Origin: a virus
Virus record (IMG/VR): IMGVR_UViG_3300038701_003149
Coordinates: 1 to 56,493 of that record
Reading direction: 5' to 3' (one strand)
Length of the DNA: 56,493 bases
Every line of letters begins with the position of its first letter. The stretch's first letter is position 1. The position numbers were made by a program, and so were the translations under genes. Shown in pieces: positions 36,528 to 46,524 of the stretch. A model generated the notes under the pieces. It did no database searches and was not told the DNA's origin. It saw only the letters and a program-made list of their open reading frames with translations.

Positions 36528-36781
36528 GGTCTAAATCCAAGCCTTTCATAATTTTGTGTATATCTAAGTACAGCTCTGCGAAGATCTCCTATTGCCTGGA
36601 ACATTTCAGAGTCATCATAAACTTGAATATCTGTATCAATAGAATCAATTTCAGCATCAAGGCGCACAGTTTCTTCCTGAAGTTCTCGAAACAACTGAGT
36701 TTCTTGAGGTGTTAAATCAGGTTGAAAAGGATTGGTAAATCCTGTTTTATGGTCAGTTCTTTCACGTTTGACCTGCGCCAT
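36524..36781 (-). CDS. Small structural/adaptor protein (85 aa)
   Basis: Shares the PF.P...LFRELQ...ID..YDD segment with the N-terminus of the next gene. Confidence 0.5.
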   Translation of the reverse strand: MAQVKRERTDHKTGFTNPFQPDLTPQETQLFRELQEETVRLDAEIDSIDTDIQVYDDSEMFQAIGDLRRAVLRYTQNYERLGFRP

Positions 36782-36788
36782 AGATCAC

Positions 36789-39284
36789 CTACTTAAGTTT
36801 TGCCATGCTTGTTGCTACGGCAAATTCACGAACAACACTGCCATTTTCATCTACTTCAAAAGTGAACTTCTTCATTAGCTTAGAATGTGGAAGTCTTCTC
36901 GGTTTTTCATTGGTAAAAGAAATTGTGTATAACTCATCATTATCTCCAAAGAATTTAACCTTTACTGGATATCCTGTAGAGAATACCTGAGCACATGAGA
37001 ATGAAATAGGTTTCAGAGTATCATATACTTTTATATCCCATGGACCTACAGAAGGATCACTTCTAAATTCATGTATTTTATCTTTTATGATTTGTCTTGA
37101 TCTTGAAAATAAAGTAAGACTTTCAATTGGAGTGGATATATCATTTTCTATAGAAACTCTCCATAAAGTTCCATCTGGAACATGTTCCGGAAGTTTGAAA
37201 ACTCTTCCAGAATGAATCAATGCATTATGAACTAATCCTTCTGACTCATGAAAGAACCTTATAGATACAGGTTTATTATTTTCCGTAGTAACAATACCAC
37301 CAGAAAAAGCGCCCACATCAGAAAATTTTAACCAACTTATCTTCCACACTGGATTATTTGATTTCGTTAAGTTTATGGACTGCCCCATGGCAATAATATT
37401 TCTTTCAAAAGCCTGAAAGCTTCTAACTTCAACATTTCCTACCAGCTCGAATTCCCAATCAATTCCATGAGATAAATTTTCAAGGACAACCGGATTATAA
37501 TCTTTAGCTGTAAATGTTCCTGCTAAAGAACCGTCAACATAAATTTTTATAGTTACATCTCCGTCAGCATCTACTTTGCAGTAATCAAAAATTTCTGGAT
37601 GAGTAAAATGATACTTTTTTGATCTCCAAGTAAAGCCTGAAGTATTTGAAGTATCAGTAAACGTGGTAATTGCCTGAATAGTTTCGTCTATATCGAAACG
37701 AAGATTAACCAGGTTACCCTCTAAAAATATACTGTTATCTGCAACTTTAGCTGAAAATGTTTCAGGAAGTAAATCAAGCCATTCAGTTCTTGTGTAATAC
37801 TCACTCGTAAGATTTCTTACGCTTGATCCGGATGTAGCAAAAAGACCGTCATGTGAAACATAGAAAATTGTATTCCCAATTCTACATAGAGATTTCTTAT
37901 CTAAGAGCGGATTCACATTTGTAACAAGATACTTATTCATCCTTGCAGGATCCCCACCAGACACAACAAATACATCTTCATTGGTATATACAATAATACT
38001 TCCACCTGAAAGCATGATTGCCTCAATATTGTTTGCGAATGTAACTGTGTATTCATCCGGCCAAACATGATACTTATAAAAGTCAGAAAAATATAAAATG
38101 TTATCTTTAAATGCTACTCCAAATTGACCTGGATGTATTAAACTTCCTTCAATAAATGATTGTAGGTTAGCTTCTCCAACTACAGGAGCATTACCAAAAG
38201 GAGGTAAAGAATCTCTTAATGGAAGGAATTCTGTATCAGTAAATTCATCGTCATCTACTTCTGCAAGTAACCTAAACCCGTCACCGGATCCTGATCGGTA
38301 AAGGTTATTAAAAATATAACCATCTTCTAAATCAACTCTATTTGTGTTTAGAGTAGGTATTTGACCGGGTAAAAGCTCAACGGCTTCTGATATTTCAGAA
38401 GGGATACTTTCAATGTTTAAATTGCGATCTTTAAGATAAGTTTGAACATAGTAATAAGTTCTTCTTTTCGGCACAGAGTAATTCATATTTATCGTGAAAG
38501 TTACTTGTCCGGCAATGAAAGTTTCATTAAGAGTTCCATTTCCTGAAGGATTTGTAATTGTCTTATCGATTGGGAAAAAATCTGCATCCTCAACTTCAAA
38601 GTATCCATAGATTACACCCTGCTCAAAATCTTCATTATCATTTATGTTGATAATATTTGCATCTGGCTTAGGAGTTCTATAAACAAGAGGAATCCTTCCC
38701 CTTGGTATTGTTGAGGTGTAACCTCTTCCTAACTGAGTAGGAAGGTAAAAATTTTCGTCTGGACTTCCGTTAAAAGGTGAATTGACCAAAAGAAATTGGA
38801 ATACAGGAGAAATTATTTGATAAGTAAATCCATCTGGTAGACTTAGATTAATTGCCGGAATATCAAAAGTTATCCTCATTCCAGTTTCGGTGTAAACAAC
38901 TTTACTTGGAGTAGAGAAGCCGTGACCATTAGTTTCATGAACTATGTCATCAAAGGTGTTACCAGCAAGATCCGCAGAAACTTTAGCTACATAAATAGAA
39001 CGTCTAACCCCAACCCATTGATCTAAATTCCTTGCGAAATAATCAATATCTTTTATCAAAGGAGGAATTGGTTGTGGAGTATGAAATACAGAGTTCTCAT
39101 CCAACTCACCTTCTATTCTGCCATCATCACCTTTTAAATCAAAAAAAGGCGTGTCTACGCTTATTGGTCTAAGGGATTGACTTACCAAATCGCAATTTTC
39201 CGCTTTCTGAGCTCCCGTTGGTGGAAGTTCATTCGGATTTAATTTGGGAATAATCCCACCAAATCTTGCAAGATCTATAGGCAT
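36789..39284 (-). CDS. Large tail protein (831 aa), possibly tail tubular B/nozzle-like
   Basis: N-terminus FGGIIPKLNPNELPPTGAQKAENCDL...LRP resembles the T7 gp12 N-terminal pattern. Size is similar. Confidence 0.4.
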   Translation of the reverse strand: MPIDLARFGGIIPKLNPNELPPTGAQKAENCDLVSQSLRPISVDTPFFDLKGDDGRIEGELDENSVFHTPQPIPPLIKDIDYFARNLDQWVGVRRSIYVAKVSADLAGNTFDDIVHETNGHGFSTPSKVVYTETGMRITFDIPAINLSLPDGFTYQIISPVFQFLLVNSPFNGSPDENFYLPTQLGRGYTSTIPRGRIPLVYRTPKPDANIININDNEDFEQGVIYGYFEVEDADFFPIDKTITNPSGNGTLNETFIAGQVTFTINMNYSVPKRRTYYYVQTYLKDRNLNIESIPSEISEAVELLPGQIPTLNTNRVDLEDGYIFNNLYRSGSGDGFRLLAEVDDDEFTDTEFLPLRDSLPPFGNAPVVGEANLQSFIEGSLIHPGQFGVAFKDNILYFSDFYKYHVWPDEYTVTFANNIEAIMLSGGSIIVYTNEDVFVVSGGDPARMNKYLVTNVNPLLDKKSLCRIGNTIFYVSHDGLFATSGSSVRNLTSEYYTRTEWLDLLPETFSAKVADNSIFLEGNLVNLRFDIDETIQAITTFTDTSNTSGFTWRSKKYHFTHPEIFDYCKVDADGDVTIKIYVDGSLAGTFTAKDYNPVVLENLSHGIDWEFELVGNVEVRSFQAFERNIIAMGQSINLTKSNNPVWKISWLKFSDVGAFSGGIVTTENNKPVSIRFFHESEGLVHNALIHSGRVFKLPEHVPDGTLWRVSIENDISTPIESLTLFSRSRQIIKDKIHEFRSDPSVGPWDIKVYDTLKPISFSCAQVFSTGYPVKVKFFGDNDELYTISFTNEKPRRLPHSKLMKKFTFEVDENGSVVREFAVATSMAKLK

Positions 39285-39632
39285 TTAAGATATCCCCTTT
39301 AGGTTTTCAAGAAAGAATTTATACTCATTAACAACTGCCAGATTATTCCCTAGAGCTGAATCATAAGTTGCAGAAACCCTTAAAAATCTTGGTGCTGAAG
39401 CTAATTTCACTTCACTTTCCTGAATACTCATTTCAGAGCCAGGTATGATTATATTTATAGAAGGTGCTGAAGTTGGTGCAGAGCTAGAGCTAGCTAACTC
39501 TGTTCCATCTTTATCATAAAGACCCCAACTAATGCTATCTGTGTTAGGCGTGAAAGCATTATCATTTTCATCAATAAAATCTACAGCTATTGCGAAAACA
39601 TGTCCTTCTTTTGCGATTTCATCAAGTAGCAT
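39285..39632 (-). CDS. Virion structural protein (115 aa)
   Basis: Abuts the next gene (its stop at 39285 directly precedes the 39284 start) within the structural module. Confidence 0.5.
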   Translation of the reverse strand: MLLDEIAKEGHVFAIAVDFIDENDNAFTPNTDSISWGLYDKDGTELASSSSAPTSAPSINIIIPGSEMSIQESEVKLASAPRFLRVSATYDSALGNNLAVVNEYKFFLENLKGIS

Positions 39633-39646
39633 AGTCGGGCTCCTTA

Positions 39647-40042
39647 TTAAGCTGCGTCACGACTAGTATAATCGTAAGCTGGAACAGTAAGGTTATCACT
39701 TACAGCTACAGTTACAGGAGAACTAGTATCAGTAACTAGAATGTGAGCATCAGAGTTGTTTGAATCAACTAAGATGATTTGTGCTACATCACCAGCAGTA
39801 TCAATGGATACTGTACTGTCAGGAGTAATTGTGATTTTACGTCCATCAGTATCGCCATCTGCTTTCGCTGATAAAGTTACATTTACTCCAGTATCATTTA
39901 AAACTGAAGCGTCACTGATTGCAGTTGTGCCAGGTACAAAAGCACTTGTGGCCACATATAGTTTAAGTCCGTTAGAACCGTTTAAACCAATTATGTGGTC
40001 TAGCTTTGCATCATGTGCACTATCTGCTAAAAATTTACCCAT
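39647..40042 (-). CDS. Virion structural protein (131 aa, beta-rich)
   Basis: ORF in the structural module with an SD. Confidence 0.5.
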   Translation of the reverse strand: MGKFLADSAHDAKLDHIIGLNGSNGLKLYVATSAFVPGTTAISDASVLNDTGVNVTLSAKADGDTDGRKITITPDSTVSIDTAGDVAQIILVDSNNSDAHILVTDTSSPVTVAVSDNLTVPAYDYTSRDAA

Positions 40043-40057
40043 AATTTTACCTCTTAT

Positions 40058-41737
40058 TTACATTGTTATTTGTGGAGATTTTCTTGTAAAAACTATTTTT
40101 CCATAATTAAAGTTCGTCACTTTTGGTTCTGTAAGACCAAGGAAATTTAAGCTTTCTAGTGAATTAACTGAGAGTACAGGAACGATTGATACGGTAACTT
40201 CAGTAATAAAATTGAAGCTCTGAAAGTTTAGGTTTAGTTCAAACGGGTCTGTTTCAATAACTAAACCAGCTGGTACATCTTCAATCTCGTTCACTGTTTG
40301 AATGTTATTGATAAAGTATCCAAGAGAACTTGTATCTATTTCGTTGCTACTTTCAACATTATCGACATTCACAAAAACTAATATGTCGATATCATTTGAG
40401 CTCTCTAAATCTACAGATAGTTTTCCATAAACGCTTGGACTCTCTATCTCATTTAGTGATTCAACATCAAGTAAATTAATTAGTGTTGGCTCTTCAATAT
40501 TGTTAGTACTTTCAATATCTACTGGAGTAGCTCCGAATAACTCAACTGTAGGTTCTTTAACTTCATTTGTTGACTCAATGTCTTCAGGAGAGCTGTTCAC
40601 AGCCAAGTTTATATCACTTGATAGGTTCTGACCGCCTATACCTCTGTAAGATGTTGAAGAAGTTTCCCAGTCACCAATTTGCTCGGCAGTTAAAGGATTA
40701 AACTCTGTAACCTCCCCGCCTGACAACTTGTATGCGAATCCTCTAAATCCAGCGACAGACATCGACCATATAGTGTCAGAAGTTATCCAGGTTGGAAGTG
40801 TTATTGTATCAAGAAGTGTGAAGCTTCCAATAGTGAGTCCATTAGTTTTATACACTCCAATATTTGTAGTACCAACTACGAATAGTAGCTCACCATAAGC
40901 ATAGATACATTCAATAGATCCATGAGTTCCGGAAGGGTTCCAAGAACTTCCTACTTGTCCAAAAGATGCATCAGGGTCAACCTCAACTATCGTATTATGA
41001 CGATATACAAATATCCTATCATTAGAAGTAACCGCTAGTTGAACCTGAGATAATAGTGAAGGTCCATCTTGTGTCCACACTTGTGAAATTAACTCAAGAG
41101 TGTTAGGGTCTATTTCTAAATAACCCTCTTTGTCATCTCCATCATGGGGATAATTGGTATAACCTACAAAAAGTCTTCCTTTTGATCCTGCAATCCACTT
41201 TACAGCGTAGTTAAAAGGTGAACTTAAAGATATTGAAACTGGATCGCCAATAAGAGTTAAAGTGTCAGGGTCTATCTTTTGAAATTCTGGGCTGTCAGCA
41301 GCATCAACTATCTGTACTGGTTTCCACTCTGTTAAATCAACTTCATTTAAGCTCTCAATATTATCGACAGTGGCATCTTTGTAAAAACCAGCTAAAGGCT
41401 CTTCAATTTCATTTGTACTTTCAATAGGTTGAGCAAGGTGTACATAAGCCTGAACATCTTCAATGTCATTAGTACTTTTAATATTGTCTGGTATACCTTC
41501 AACCACTGGAGTAGTTGATTCAGGTATGATCATACCATTGCCGAAAGTTAATTGTCCAGCCTCGAAAGGAAGAGAGTAACCTGCATACCAAAGGTTAAAT
41601 GAATCACCACCACGACTATCATCTAATGGCGAGATTATTACGGATACAAAAGGAGCAATAGGATTTATAGATCCATTCCTTAAGCTCACCTTTTCGGATA
41701 CGCCGGAAGGGTATAGCTGTCCTTTATAAATTACCAT
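40058..41737 (-). CDS. Tail fiber with iterated IESTNEIEEP-type decapeptide repeats flanking a central beta-rich domain
   Basis: At least 10 copies of [IVL][EKQ]S[TLS]N[ED][IV][EDK].. read in the translation. Confidence 0.6.
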   Translation of the reverse strand: MVIYKGQLYPSGVSEKVSLRNGSINPIAPFVSVIISPLDDSRGGDSFNLWYAGYSLPFEAGQLTFGNGMIIPESTTPVVEGIPDNIKSTNDIEDVQAYVHLAQPIESTNEIEEPLAGFYKDATVDNIESLNEVDLTEWKPVQIVDAADSPEFQKIDPDTLTLIGDPVSISLSSPFNYAVKWIAGSKGRLFVGYTNYPHDGDDKEGYLEIDPNTLELISQVWTQDGPSLLSQVQLAVTSNDRIFVYRHNTIVEVDPDASFGQVGSSWNPSGTHGSIECIYAYGELLFVVGTTNIGVYKTNGLTIGSFTLLDTITLPTWITSDTIWSMSVAGFRGFAYKLSGGEVTEFNPLTAEQIGDWETSSTSYRGIGGQNLSSDINLAVNSSPEDIESTNEVKEPTVELFGATPVDIESTNNIEEPTLINLLDVESLNEIESPSVYGKLSVDLESSNDIDILVFVNVDNVESSNEIDTSSLGYFINNIQTVNEIEDVPAGLVIETDPFELNLNFQSFNFITEVTVSIVPVLSVNSLESLNFLGLTEPKVTNFNYGKIVFTRKSPQITM

Positions 41738-41750
41738 AATAAAACCTTAA

Positions 41751-43592
41751 TTAAGTGGCTGGTGAAAAATCGAACTGTACTCTTTCTGCGATAGCACCAC
41801 ATCTCATTTTATGTAATAATTTGATTTCACGACCAACGGTTAAATTAGCAGAAGGAATTGTGATGGTTTTCTTACACCAATCAGAAGTTGAAATACCTGT
41901 AGCAGATGGTGAGGTCTCCTTAACATCTTCAATGAATTGCATGACGTAATTATCTATAAGTTTTCCATCAGAGTAGCAGGAAAGGCAACTTAAATCTGGC
42001 TCGCTGTCAGTCTTGTAGTAAATATCTAAGTCTATGTCTGATCCAGCATCAGTGACAATAAAAGTGTATATTTCAAAGTTAGTTGATATGTTGGCTTCTT
42101 TAGACTCAATTTTAAACGATAATGAAGTGGAGTGCGTATCATCTGGAATAGTTAGAAGAAACCATTCACTGTAACAAACAGCATGGTTATCATTATCAGA
42201 ATTAAATCTATGAAAGGCAGTTCTTTTGTGATCGTCATAATTACCAAGATACTCAGATATTGAATCAGGATTAGTAACAGTACAATCGTAAAACATCAAT
42301 GGTCCTGAACTCGTTGCAAATGAATTTGCGCTAGGCTTTAATTCAATTGCACAATTGTAGAAATTTACATCAACAGATGATGTAACAAATACTGGACTAC
42401 CAATACCAGAATCTAAAGTTAAATCACAATCTATTACTTCAACAGAATAGCAATTTGAGAGAAACTTTGTACTAGCAATATTGCTTATATCACAGTTCTC
42501 TACGATAATCTGGCTACAGTCACTAAAAAACAATATTTGATTATACATTACATCATAATCAAAGTCTGAATTTTTTATTTGAACATTGTAACACTCATCA
42601 ATCCATGCCGTAGGATTACTTGAAGCTTCATTTGATATAAAACTCGCATTATCAATTACTAGATTATTACATAAATATGCAAACCTATGTATTCCACTAA
42701 ATTCACAGTCAGTAAAAGTTAGATTATCACAATTATAAAACATACCATCAGACGTAGAAGTTATGTTGTGAGATACAAATCTACAGTTATTAAACTCAAT
42801 AGCTCTCGTATTTCCTGCAAGGAATCTAGAAAAAGATGAAGCGTGATTTCCTATCATCGTAACATTCTCTTGAACACCTCTAAAAAGATCTTCTCCTACA
42901 GATTCTGAGGTGCTCAATGATCCAGTACTTGAAGATACATAGATATCTTTAAGTTTTATATATTTCCCATTGTCCATAAGCCCATTACCAAGGATTATGA
43001 AATTTTCAATATCTAAGTATTCAGAAGCAGCGCTAATGTCAAAAAATGCAGTACTGGTACTAGTACTTTTTCTTACTGATAGAGTTTCACCTGTAGGAGT
43101 AACAGTGTCAGTTCCAAACTTCCATCCACCTGAAATTTTAATTGGATTAGCTTCTGTTCCAACCACACCATTAATATCAAAATCATCAGTGTTTGTTGCG
43201 ATAGTACCAATATGATGTACTGCTGTTATGCTTGATCCATCAGGTATGAATTCATTTCTAACATCAAGAGTTATCAAAGATGATGTAACCGCAGCTATTC
43301 TTAGGTAATCAGTCTGAGCATTGCCTAATTCATCGGTGAATTGAACTCTTATATATTCGTTAGTTGATAGAATCCCAGTATGATCAACTGAGGTACTTAT
43401 TGTATGAGCTGTTCTATCACTAGTAAAAGTACCAGAAAGAGCATCAAAAGTATGATTAGTTTCTTTTACCCTAACCTCATCACCTGGACTAAGAGATCCA
43501 ACTAAAGCTGTTATATCTTTTACCGGATTAGCTTCAATAGTTCCGTCATTAGCATCATCACCGTTTACATAGTCTGCATAGAAAATAGCCAT
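41751..43592 (-). CDS. Right-handed parallel beta-helix tailspike (depolymerase-like)
   Basis: MAIFYADYVNGDDANDGT N-cap. Periodic NC/DC rungs (FNNCRF, FTDCEF, IKNSDF, VENCDI, VIDCDL, FYNCAI, FYDCTV). Start at ATG 43592 after GAGG. Confidence 0.7.
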   Translation of the reverse strand: MAIFYADYVNGDDANDGTIEANPVKDITALVGSLSPGDEVRVKETNHTFDALSGTFTSDRTAHTISTSVDHTGILSTNEYIRVQFTDELGNAQTDYLRIAAVTSSLITLDVRNEFIPDGSSITAVHHIGTIATNTDDFDINGVVGTEANPIKISGGWKFGTDTVTPTGETLSVRKSTSTSTAFFDISAASEYLDIENFIILGNGLMDNGKYIKLKDIYVSSSTGSLSTSESVGEDLFRGVQENVTMIGNHASSFSRFLAGNTRAIEFNNCRFVSHNITSTSDGMFYNCDNLTFTDCEFSGIHRFAYLCNNLVIDNASFISNEASSNPTAWIDECYNVQIKNSDFDYDVMYNQILFFSDCSQIIVENCDISNIASTKFLSNCYSVEVIDCDLTLDSGIGSPVFVTSSVDVNFYNCAIELKPSANSFATSSGPLMFYDCTVTNPDSISEYLGNYDDHKRTAFHRFNSDNDNHAVCYSEWFLLTIPDDTHSTSLSFKIESKEANISTNFEIYTFIVTDAGSDIDLDIYYKTDSEPDLSCLSCYSDGKLIDNYVMQFIEDVKETSPSATGISTSDWCKKTITIPSANLTVGREIKLLHKMRCGAIAERVQFDFSPAT

Positions 43593-43596
43593 TAAA

Positions 43597-43959
43597 TCAC
43601 CTCGTAATCTCTTCATACTGCGATCTAAAGACAGCAGCTCTATTTAAATTTTCCGTGTCAGCATCATCTTCAGATAGTGCTTTATATGAAACAAAACCAG
43701 AAACACTTCTTATGAGTTTATCTGGTAGTAATAGGTCAGTATCTAAATCACCTGTTGAGGCGACAACCAAAGTCTGAAGTACACCTGCGGAATCCAACCA
43801 AAACTCTGGCATTTTTTCCCTTAAGTCGAATTGAGAATCGTTAATATAATCAACAAGATTAGCATCTGGCCATCTATATAACTCTCCAGCCTCTCCACCT
43901 TCAGAATCATGAAGATCTCTACGAACTCGATTTATAATTTTTTGTGCAGTTAAACTCAT
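43597..43959 (-). CDS. Head-tail connector/adaptor candidate (120 aa)
   Basis: Position between the capsid and tail genes. Coupled ORFs. Confidence 0.4.
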   Translation of the reverse strand: MSLTAQKIINRVRRDLHDSEGGEAGELYRWPDANLVDYINDSQFDLREKMPEFWLDSAGVLQTLVVASTGDLDTDLLLPDKLIRSVSGFVSYKALSEDDADTENLNRAAVFRSQYEEITR

Positions 43960-44513
43960 GCCATGAAACCTCCGGAATTATTCGCACCGGCATTTGCTTG
44001 GCGATTGAGCTCTAGCCCTACTCCCTTGAAAAATTCCTTTTCAAAAAATCTCGCTAATCCATAATCAGTCCATGGTCTACGTGGTAGTTTCATCAAAGAA
44101 GAAACACACCCGTTTATTAAATGATTTTTATAGTGAGTTAAAAACCAATCTGGACATTGATTTGTATTTGGAATCAAAGAAATTGTAGCGACTATTTCAT
44201 TATCAGTATTTGGGACAAAATTACCGGGAAAACTCAACTTCCCATCAACCAACTCGTAATTGCCATAAGCAACTTCATTTCCATCAACAGTGACTTTCAT
44301 TATCTTAATGATTTCACCTTCATCACTTTTGGTCAAAGTGTATTCTTCTTGTCCTTGAACACCAGTGTGACTACTCGTCTCTTGCCAAGCATTAGTACGC
44401 TCACAAAAGTCTTGAATGACTTTCTGCATACGCTGTTCGATTAGAGGAGCCGGAACGTCCGGCAACTCCATCAAAACATCGTTAGTCATGCCTGTAATAG
44501 ATACGAGTGCCAT
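43956..44513 (-). CDS. Head-tail adaptor candidate (185 aa)
   Basis: Position. N-terminus LPDVPAPLIEQRMQKVIQDFCERTNAWQ resembles podovirus adaptor families (impression only). Confidence 0.4.
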   Translation of the reverse strand: MALVSITGMTNDVLMELPDVPAPLIEQRMQKVIQDFCERTNAWQETSSHTGVQGQEEYTLTKSDEGEIIKIMKVTVDGNEVAYGNYELVDGKLSFPGNFVPNTDNEIVATISLIPNTNQCPDWFLTHYKNHLINGCVSSLMKLPRRPWTDYGLARFFEKEFFKGVGLELNRQANAGANNSGGFMA

Positions 44514-44517
44514 CTAA

Positions 44518-45120
44518 TTACTTCTCTTTCTTACTCTGAGCTTCTTTAGTGGCTTTAGTACCTTCAGCTTTCATAGCCTGATACTCTTCTTCAGTAGCAG
44601 GCTTAAGTTTTGTATATGGATAAGTTTTAACTTCTCCAACAACAACTCTTTCTTCACCTGGTAATTGGCGGTATTGTTTTGCTACTGCATTGTCAGCGAC
44701 TTTCAGATACCTAGAAGGAACGATAACTTTCACATTTCGCTTAATAACAAGCATTTCACCGTTTACACCAAGGATAACTTGGTCTGTTGCACTTGGGTTA
44801 TCTTTAGCTGCAAAAGTCACCCACCAAAACTTGCTGTCATTATGGGGCATTTCTTCAGCTTCATCTTTAGCTTCAACTAAAGCAGCTTCAGCAATTTTTT
44901 TAGCTTCTTCAGCTTCAGCAGCTTTCTTATCTGCCTCTTCTTTTTCAGCTTTAAGTTTTTCGATCTCTGCTTCAGCTTTAGCTAAAGCATTATCTTCTTG
45001 TGAATTTAATTGAGGTGCAGATTGATTTTCTGGTGCATTTGTTTCATCACCTTCAACATTCAATCCTAAATCAACTTGGTCTTTATTCTTGTTTGATTTG
45101 TTGGCATTATTACCTGACAT
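44518..45120 (-). CDS. Capsid-associated protein (200 aa; EAAK-rich coiled coil + beta domain)
   Basis: Immediately downstream of the capsid gene and its attenuator hairpin. Confidence 0.45.
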   Translation of the reverse strand: MSGNNANKSNKNKDQVDLGLNVEGDETNAPENQSAPQLNSQEDNALAKAEAEIEKLKAEKEEADKKAAEAEEAKKIAEAALVEAKDEAEEMPHNDSKFWWVTFAAKDNPSATDQVILGVNGEMLVIKRNVKVIVPSRYLKVADNAVAKQYRQLPGEERVVVGEVKTYPYTKLKPATEEEYQAMKAEGTKATKEAQSKKEK

Positions 45121-45156
45121 GACTATAAACCTTTTTTTAATTTAATGGTTATTCAC

Positions 45157-45189
45157 CTCAAAAGCCGTCATCCCCGAAAGAATGACGGC
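45157..45189 (-). terminator. Hairpin/attenuator after the major capsid gene
   Basis: gccgtcat-tctttcgggg-atgacggc followed by tttt on the minus strand. Confidence 0.55.
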
Positions 45190-45213
45190 ATTGTGAATCA
45201 GTTGTGGTTAGGC

Positions 45214-46233
45214 TTAGCTAGGGTTAGCTGTAGCACAACACTCTAGACGAGCGATCCAAGACTGATTAAGAATCACTGTCGCTTGGTAAGTCTTCCAAGA
45301 AACAAAACCAGTCTGTCCAAGTGGGTCAGACTTATCAACTGTTCCTGGGTTCATCACTGAAGGCTTAACAGCATTGTGTCCCTGAAGAGGAACGATGCCA
45401 TAAGCGTCACGAGCAACAACAATTATTGGGTAAACATCAGGAGCACCAGTACCAGCTACACCACCTGTAAGGAAAGCTGTATTCCCTGGTGTATCTGTAC
45501 CAGCTGCTTCAAATGGGCTGAACAGGTTAGTTAGGATGATGCGGATATTCTCAACTTTACCGACTTCACCAGGTAGAGCTTTCTGAACTTGTGAATATTT
45601 CTCTACTGGAATAAAACCAGCAATACTGCGAATATCAGGATCAAGGTCTGTGTGGCCCATTGCGAAATAGGCTTTATTAACAGGTTCAGTAGCGATGTTT
45701 GGACCAGCTTTGATAATCTTTGCGATTTCTTTTGCTTTGTTACGCTTAAAGCTTCTGTTAATACGTCTGAAGTCTCCAAGAGAAGGAGCTGCATTTACAG
45801 CTTCACGATCGGCAGCAGTGCCAGCGAAGAATACGTTAGTACCTGCCTGAAGTACGGCAATACGAAGAAGTTCAATGGTTTCAGCAGCTTGCTCACCAGC
45901 AACCTCCATCATTTCCATAAGAACTGGATCTTCATGTGTGTCAGCAATAACGTCTGAGATTTGCACCCAATCACCATACTGCTCAAGAGTAGCTGTATAG
46001 TCAGTGAATGAGATAGCACTACCAGACGGAGTGACACCTTCAGTCAGTGCAGTGGTTGCAGGAGAAAGTGAATTATAACGTCTCCACTTTCTGACTTTAG
46101 ATTTCTTCTTGCCTTGCGGGTCGAAGTGTCCGAATCTTTCTGTGACAAGCATATCTTGTCCACGAGAAAGGAGTTTTTTAGCGGCGTAAGCTGCGGTACG
46201 TGGTGAAATATCACCGTAAGTTTGTACAGCCAT
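45214..46233 (-). CDS. Major capsid protein (HK97 fold, N4 gp56-type)
   Basis: SD aaggagg. N-terminus TYGDISPRTAAYAAKKLL...KWRRYNSL...LTEGVTP...QYGDWVQISD matches my memory of the N4-gp56 capsid family. Confidence 0.85.
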   Translation of the reverse strand: MAVQTYGDISPRTAAYAAKKLLSRGQDMLVTERFGHFDPQGKKKSKVRKWRRYNSLSPATTALTEGVTPSGSAISFTDYTATLEQYGDWVQISDVIADTHEDPVLMEMMEVAGEQAAETIELLRIAVLQAGTNVFFAGTAADREAVNAAPSLGDFRRINRSFKRNKAKEIAKIIKAGPNIATEPVNKAYFAMGHTDLDPDIRSIAGFIPVEKYSQVQKALPGEVGKVENIRIILTNLFSPFEAAGTDTPGNTAFLTGGVAGTGAPDVYPIIVVARDAYGIVPLQGHNAVKPSVMNPGTVDKSDPLGQTGFVSWKTYQATVILNQSWIARLECCATANPS

Positions 46234-46329
46234 TTGTAGCCTCCTTTGATAAGACCCGATAAACGGGAATTAGCATTTCTGCTCTGGCCTTCAAAGGGGC
46301 TCTGGCTTAACAAGCTCTAACCAACTCAG

Positions 46330-46524
46330 TTAGAGAAATTCTATTCGTGTATTCTTTTCACATTTTCTGCAAAAAAGGTGTATCACGGCACCTGCTTCTA
46401 TTCCTTTTGCTTTAGCTAATAGCTTTCCGCATGGTCTTTTGAACTTTTTGTACTGGTTAGTACACCTAAGCTCAATTAAGTCTTCAATCTTCTTCGTAGA
46501 ATGCGTCTTCGAACTCATCCCCAC
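46330..46524 (-). CDS. Com-like zinc-finger protein (62-64 aa)
   Basis: LRC...PCGKLLAKAKG...IHLFCRKCEKNT resembles the phage Mu Com pattern. Overlaps the scaffold gene end. Confidence 0.45.
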   Translation of the reverse strand: MGMSSKTHSTKKIEDLIELRCTNQYKKFKRPCGKLLAKAKGIEAGAVIHLFCRKCEKNTRIEFL

